The translations under genes were made by a program, and so were the position numbers. A stretch of DNA of 64,000 nucleotides from Sedimentisphaerales bacterium (GTDB taxonomy: Bacteria > Planctomycetota > Phycisphaerae > Sedimentisphaerales > Anaerobacaceae), in NCBI GenBank assembly GCA_963708075.1, contig OY970194.1, positions 4,416,001 through 4,480,000 of the forward strand, written 5' to 3'. Positions 59,264 through 64,000 of the stretch are shown here, one piece after another. The first letter of the stretch is position 1. Each line of letters begins with the position of its first letter. Below the pieces are notes generated by a model. It saw nothing but the letters and a program-made list of their open reading frames with translations. It was not told where the DNA came from and ran no database searches.

Positions 59264-61069
59264 GTGCGAGCGAAGATTCTTGGGAGTCCTTCCGCCGAGG
59301 GCAACGCGGGGTTCCTGGTATTCTGTGCCTTCGTCTTGTGGGCGACGCCCCCTGCAATCGCCGATGTGTCATTCGCTGACTACATGCCTGTTACACCAGC
59401 GGAATACGGTGTAAGGACACTGGAGTGGACCTACGGTCGGGCCGGACAATTCACCAGCCAGATCGTGGGTAGCAAGGCGGTTCACTACGGCGACGGCACA
59501 ACCCTGATCGGCACCGAGGTCACTAACTCTGGAGAACCGGGGACAATCGGCCTGGGGTACAACGATGGCGCGGTGGTCAAGATCCTGGGGACTACTGAAT
59601 ACGGCTTCTCCTCGGACAGCGAGCTGACGAGTCATCCGTCTGTATGGTCCTTTGGTTCCGTGGCCGATGGCATGGTGGTGGATCAGCGCCCCTATTACGT
59701 GGTGAAATACGACCGCTCGTATTGGTCCTGTGAGTACGACCAGTTGGTCCTGTTCGACATTCAGGACGTGACGGTATTGGAGGGTTCGTATTCTGACGCG
59801 ATCATCATGTGGACACTGGACAGCCAATACTCATTTGCTGATCTTGACTTGGCAGACAAGAGGCCCGAGCTGCGAATTGCGCCGCCGACGTATCACGACA
59901 CACGGGGCCATTCGGTTACGGGATTCGATATCTTCGGCCTCAACACAGGCCTGATTGCCTCCGGTGACATCGATGCGGAGAGCGGCACACTGGTAGACGT
60001 GGCTGAACTGAAGGCTGTCGTTCGAGAACGCAACTCCTTTGATACAGGGGATCTCGCAGGTACGTGGTCTGTGCATGGCATTGTCGCTGGCAAACCGCCG
60101 ACCCAGCGTCCGGGGTGGTTTCACTGTCAGGTCACCTTTGACGTCAATGGCCGCGCGACATCATCTTCTATCGTCGACAGTGAGGGCAGCCGGGATTTTG
60201 TGCCCGAGCCTGTGACATGGGCCGTCGACAGCGATGGTATAGTCTCTGTTGCCCGAGTTCCGTCTCTTCATGGGGTCATGAATCGGGAACGGGACCGTAT
60301 CGTAGCGGTGGCGACTATGGCGCCGGGAAGTCCGGTCTCTCTCCGAGGGGACAATCTCATCATTATGCAGAAGCAATCGGGTGCGGCCTTTGAGAGTGGC
60401 GATCTGGCGGGCACATGGGCAGAGTGCGTCGTTGAGACAGGAGTCTGGCAGGGCTGGATGTGTGGCGACACGACCATCGATCTCAAGGGAGCGATGGTCG
60501 ATGTGCCTGGCTCATCGCGGGACAGCAGCGGGGACTCACCGGGCCTGGGTGGCGTCACCATGTCGCTCACAAGCGGGGGGATGCTGGGTGTCGAAGGTTA
60601 TCCACTCAATCATGGCACACTCAGTGACAACAAGGACGTGTCTGTCTGCACGTATACGATGGAAGACGCTGCGCACGGGCTGTGCGTAAACCAGAGACGA
60701 TCGGGCTTGCCGTTTGTGAAAGGCGACCTGTCAGGTGTGTGGCGGATCTGCGGGTTGAGCACGCAAGGTGGAACATGGGCCGGTTGGGTTCGTGGGACCT
60801 GGACGGTGAACGCCGACAGCACGTCCAACGGCCTGCTCTACAAGTCGGACGGCGCGACCACTCCCATCGGTGGGACTGTGACCGTCGCCAGCTATGGAGT
60901 CTTCCGCATCGATCCCTTCAACTACACGCATGGTGTCATCGGTTCAGATAGAGACCTGGTCGTTCTTGTAACGACCGATTCAGCCGACGAACATCAGATG
61001 CTCATTGGAACGCGGACAGGCGCTCCTGCGCCCTGTGGCGGCGCATGTCAGGGCCAGGATGACGATTGA
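59264..61069 (+). CDS. Secreted hypothetical protein with three internal F..GDL(A/S)G.W repeats
   Basis: RBS AAGGAGGTG, signal-like segment, repeats FDTGDLAGTW, FESGDLAGTW and FVKGDLSGVW each followed by HG.(M/L/I)...(K/R)D. Confidence 0.72.
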   Translation: MRAKILGSPSAEGNAGFLVFCAFVLWATPPAIADVSFADYMPVTPAEYGVRTLEWTYGRAGQFTSQIVGSKAVHYGDGTTLIGTEVTNSGEPGTIGLGYNDGAVVKILGTTEYGFSSDSELTSHPSVWSFGSVADGMVVDQRPYYVVKYDRSYWSCEYDQLVLFDIQDVTVLEGSYSDAIIMWTLDSQYSFADLDLADKRPELRIAPPTYHDTRGHSVTGFDIFGLNTGLIASGDIDAESGTLVDVAELKAVVRERNSFDTGDLAGTWSVHGIVAGKPPTQRPGWFHCQVTFDVNGRATSSSIVDSEGSRDFVPEPVTWAVDSDGIVSVARVPSLHGVMNRERDRIVAVATMAPGSPVSLRGDNLIIMQKQSGAAFESGDLAGTWAECVVETGVWQGWMCGDTTIDLKGAMVDVPGSSRDSSGDSPGLGGVTMSLTSGGMLGVEGYPLNHGTLSDNKDVSVCTYTMEDAAHGLCVNQRRSGLPFVKGDLSGVWRICGLSTQGGTWAGWVRGTWTVNADSTSNGLLYKSDGATTPIGGTVTVASYGVFRIDPFNYTHGVIGSDRDLVVLVTTDSADEHQMLIGTRTGAPAPCGGACQGQDDD

Positions 61070-61085
61070 TTTCGGGGATAATCTC

Positions 61086-61131
61086 GGGGACGCCATACTC
61101 ATTTCGCCGTCGAATTGAGTATGCTGTCCCC
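61086..61131. repeat. GGGGAC-family palindromic element
   Basis: ggggacgccatactcatttc..gaattgagtatgctgtcccc. Confidence 0.8.
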
Positions 61132-61298
61132 CGATGATAAACAATGATGGTCACTAGGTGGCAATACCACATAGTGCTTTGACCACGCCAATCTAGTCAC
61201 TTCGTAGACTCGTAGGGTGTGCATCGCACACCTTCTCTGCTATACTCAGTCTGAGATCGAAGATGAGTTAAATGCCGGTAGAGTTGCAGGAGTCGTGC

Positions 61299-62618
61299 AT
61301 GATGATCGCCTACAGGTTTCTGAAGCGAGATCGTGGGTTCTTGATGGCCGCAGTTCTGGCAACCGCCTGCTGCCTGGCGGCGGGACGGCTGCCGGCCGCT
61401 GAGATCACCGCCGCGAGTGGCTCCCAGGCGGACGTCCAGGCAGCCATCAACGCGGCCGTGGACGGGGACCTGGTGCTAATCCCGGCAGGGACAGCTATCT
61501 GGACAACCCAGGTCACAGTGGACACGCCAAAAGCCATTGTCATCCAGGGCGCGGGGATCGACAAAACGGTCATCGTCGACAACGTCAGCAAGCAGGGAGG
61601 AAAACCCGCTTCCATTCTCCTGGCAATCAAGCTGGCGCTCGGCAAGAAGTTCAGGCTCACGGGCATGACCTTCCAGGGCATGGCACAGGATACTGAGGTC
61701 TACAACAAGGGAACCGTGTACCTTTCCGGCAACGCCCACGATTTTCGTCTGGATCATCTCAAGTTCGACAAGCCGGGGACATCTGCCGTACGGTACTCCG
61801 GCGCGCTCTGGGGGCTAGTGGATCATTGCTACTTCGATCTCTCCAACTTCAAGCAGGGAAACGTCATTTGGCATGAGACCTGGGGCGGCCACAGCTACGG
61901 CGACGGCAGTTTCGCCGACGACCTCGCTCTGGGCACCGAGAGAGCCATCTACATCGAGGACAGCACGTTCGTCGGGCCCGGCCGGGCCGGGGCAGGCGTC
62001 GTGGACAGTTTTGCCGGGGGACGCTTCGTCTTCCGCTATAACACGGTCACCAACGACAATCTCGGCACCCACGGAACCGAGAGCAGCGGGCGGCTCCGCA
62101 GCGTCAGAAGCTACGAAATCTACAACAACACCTTCACGGCATCGACTCTCGTGTTCTGTGCCATCTACCTGCGCGGCGGCACAGGAGTGATCTTCAACAA
62201 CACCTTCCAGGGCGCCGGCGGCCAGACCGGCTATAACACCGGCATCCTCGCGGCAAACTACAGGAGCAACCGCGCATATGCTCCCTGGGGTCAGGCGACG
62301 GGGACCAACCCCTGGGACGGCAATCAAGATGCCGGCGGGTATCCCTGCCTCGACCAGGTCGGCCGGGGCAAGTGCGACCTGTTGTCCGGCGATCCCCCTG
62401 CGCCCGCGGCATGGCCTCACCAGGCCGCCGAGCCATTGTACCTGTGGAACAATAACTGGAGCCGGATCCCCAACAATCCGGGAAGTCCGGTGGGCAGCCA
62501 AAATGCAGTGATCCAGGCAAGCCGCGACTGGTTCAGCGACACCATGAAGCCGGGCTACAAGCCGTATCCCTATCCCCATCCCCTGCAAGCCTCGACCGCT
62601 GACGACCGCCGCCCATGA
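61299..62618 (+). CDS. Secreted right-handed beta-helix (pectin lyase-fold) protein
   Basis: Signal peptide; DVQAAINAAVDGDLVLIPAG, IQGAGIDKTVI, YIEDSTF, FVFRYN, EIYNNTF, RGGTGVIFNN, YKPYPYPHPL. Confidence 0.8.
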   Translation: MMIAYRFLKRDRGFLMAAVLATACCLAAGRLPAAEITAASGSQADVQAAINAAVDGDLVLIPAGTAIWTTQVTVDTPKAIVIQGAGIDKTVIVDNVSKQGGKPASILLAIKLALGKKFRLTGMTFQGMAQDTEVYNKGTVYLSGNAHDFRLDHLKFDKPGTSAVRYSGALWGLVDHCYFDLSNFKQGNVIWHETWGGHSYGDGSFADDLALGTERAIYIEDSTFVGPGRAGAGVVDSFAGGRFVFRYNTVTNDNLGTHGTESSGRLRSVRSYEIYNNTFTASTLVFCAIYLRGGTGVIFNNTFQGAGGQTGYNTGILAANYRSNRAYAPWGQATGTNPWDGNQDAGGYPCLDQVGRGKCDLLSGDPPAPAAWPHQAAEPLYLWNNNWSRIPNNPGSPVGSQNAVIQASRDWFSDTMKPGYKPYPYPHPLQASTADDRRP

Positions 62619-62714
62619 CGCCAGTGTCATAAGGCGGGCCCCTGCCCCATGGGCTTCCTTGGCATGGAAGACCGAGCCGAGATCCTCAATCCAAAAGGCC
62701 CTCGACACCTACAT

Positions 62715-62771
62715 CCAAAGCGTGACCCCTTTTCCTCCCTTTTCCTACCCCCAAAGCGTGACCCCTTTTCC
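62715..62771. repeat. Tandem 21-bp duplication CCAAAGCGTGACCCCTTTTCC (TGACCCC half sites)
   Basis: Copies at 62715-62735 and 62751-62771. Confidence 0.85.
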
Positions 62772-62895
62772 CTTTCGAAAGACCCCCCGCCCTCCAACCT
62801 ACCGCCTAAAGCCTGCTCCGGATTTGCCTTTGCATTGTCCCCTGCCCGGCCGTAGAATTCCTGGAGTTGAGCGTGCCGGCTTTGGAGGCCGAGAA

Positions 62896-63666
62896 ATGAC
62901 TTCGCGAAATGTACCCGACATCCTTGTTGGCGTGGAGCAAGCTATGGCCGATTTAATCATGTATTTTGATGAGAGTTTCATCAAGTCGCTCCCAGACGAA
63001 TGGCCTTTAGCTATAGTTCAGATAGCCGAGAGGTTTAACAGCAGCTTTCGTGCTGCGCTTGATGCGAACAAGCATCTCCTTGCGCAAGAATTGCTGCTCC
63101 TCCTGAAAGTCTATTGCCGGAAGAAGAACCTTCAACGCCCTATTCCGCGCATCGCAGGGCGACCTGATGTGGATATCAGTACTGCCCAGAACATTATAGG
63201 GAAGTTGGCGGCTGAGGCGAGAGGAATACTTGAGCATCGCAAGGAAGAACTCAGACTGAGTAACTGCGAGAGCGCCTTCGCGATAGCACTTGGCGGGGAG
63301 TTCTACTATGAATTCTCCGAGGGAGATCTTAGACGGATCCAAGTACTCGTCAATGAACTTAGAGATCTCATCAGCGGATCAGAAGAATTGCAGGCCAGTC
63401 ATAAACGACGCATCCTCAGCAGGCTTGAGAAACTCCAGAGCGAATTGCACAAGACAGTCTCCGATGTTGACCGGATCTATGGCTCACTAATCGAATTGAG
63501 TATCACTGCAGGGATTATAGGCGAAAATCTCAAACCTATTACGGAGAGGATTCGTGAAATCATCGGTATCGTGTGGCCTGTGCAGACGCGTGCTTTCGAT
63601 CTGCCAAGCAACATGCCGTTCAGACTTCCGGGTCAGAGCGAGCAGGATGAGTCCGTCAAACCTTAA
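62896..63666 (+). CDS. Hypothetical helical protein, lower GC
   Basis: RBS GGAGG before ATG 62896; YEFSEGDLRRIQ.L.NELR..HK.R.L.RLEKLQSELHK. Confidence 0.72.
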   Translation: MTSRNVPDILVGVEQAMADLIMYFDESFIKSLPDEWPLAIVQIAERFNSSFRAALDANKHLLAQELLLLLKVYCRKKNLQRPIPRIAGRPDVDISTAQNIIGKLAAEARGILEHRKEELRLSNCESAFAIALGGEFYYEFSEGDLRRIQVLVNELRDLISGSEELQASHKRRILSRLEKLQSELHKTVSDVDRIYGSLIELSITAGIIGENLKPITERIREIIGIVWPVQTRAFDLPSNMPFRLPGQSEQDESVKP

Positions 63667-64000
63667 AGTGAGGGACGGGATGAGGGGATGAGGGTCAACT
63701 CTTGACAGTTGACGCGAAGTCGCGGATGGAGAATTCCGAAAATTCCGCGTGACGGCTTTGGAGGCCGAGAGATGACTGTGGAGAATGCTGGACGCCTTGA
63801 GTTCCCTCGCAGGGAAACACGATGGATGCAATAGAAAGGTCTCTCATCAAAGAATTGTAAGACGGACGGGGGTCACACCTACACATTTCACATTCAGGGG
63901 GGAGACAGGGCCTGTTCTCAAAATAACAATTAACGGGTCGCGAGCTTCGTGCCCGAATGATCAAGTCGACGGCGCGGGACCGGGTTTCAATTGTGACGCC

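Noticed and set aside
1..64000. tRNA, rRNA, prophage or RAYT genes
   Set aside because: None recognised by eye; a covariance-model and HMM scan would be needed to exclude small RNAs.

Overview
High-GC bacterial chromosomal segment. Gene style and repeat families suggest a Planctomycetota (Phycisphaerae/Sedimentisphaerales-like) organism; this is inference. The left third is polysaccharide-utilisation: two paralogous secreted discoidin/LamG proteins, a GH51 arabinofuranosidase, a beta-helix/lamin-tail giant, a complete beta-mannan cluster (SSS transporter, GH5, cellobiose 2-epimerase, GH130 phosphorylase) and a GH28. An IS4-type element with 14-bp TIRs and a 9-bp TSD sits inside a REP-like palindrome. 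Housekeeping genes (murD, ubiE/menG, pyrF, GTP-PEPCK, guaB, guaA) alternate with accessory blocks (about 24.8-30.5, 38.5-40.3, 45.5-55 and from 59 kb). These blocks carry candidate anti-phage genes: an AbiTii-like + TIR pair, an AAA ATPase + DUF4276 pair, FRG, DUF2442, ORF6N and a 1509-aa TIR-CHAT-STAND-TPR protein. The most unusual structure is non-coding: many nested palindromic repeat families, including a 142-bp segment found in both orientations and copies inserted in-frame in proteins; half-repeats bracketing accessory genes; an AACAAAGCCAA array; a recurrent 27-bp dyad; mirror-image C/G skew flanking accessory blocks; and a hammerhead-like fold over a ribosome-binding site. Several single-base frameshifts look like sequencing errors. 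No tRNA, rRNA, CRISPR or integrase was recognised.
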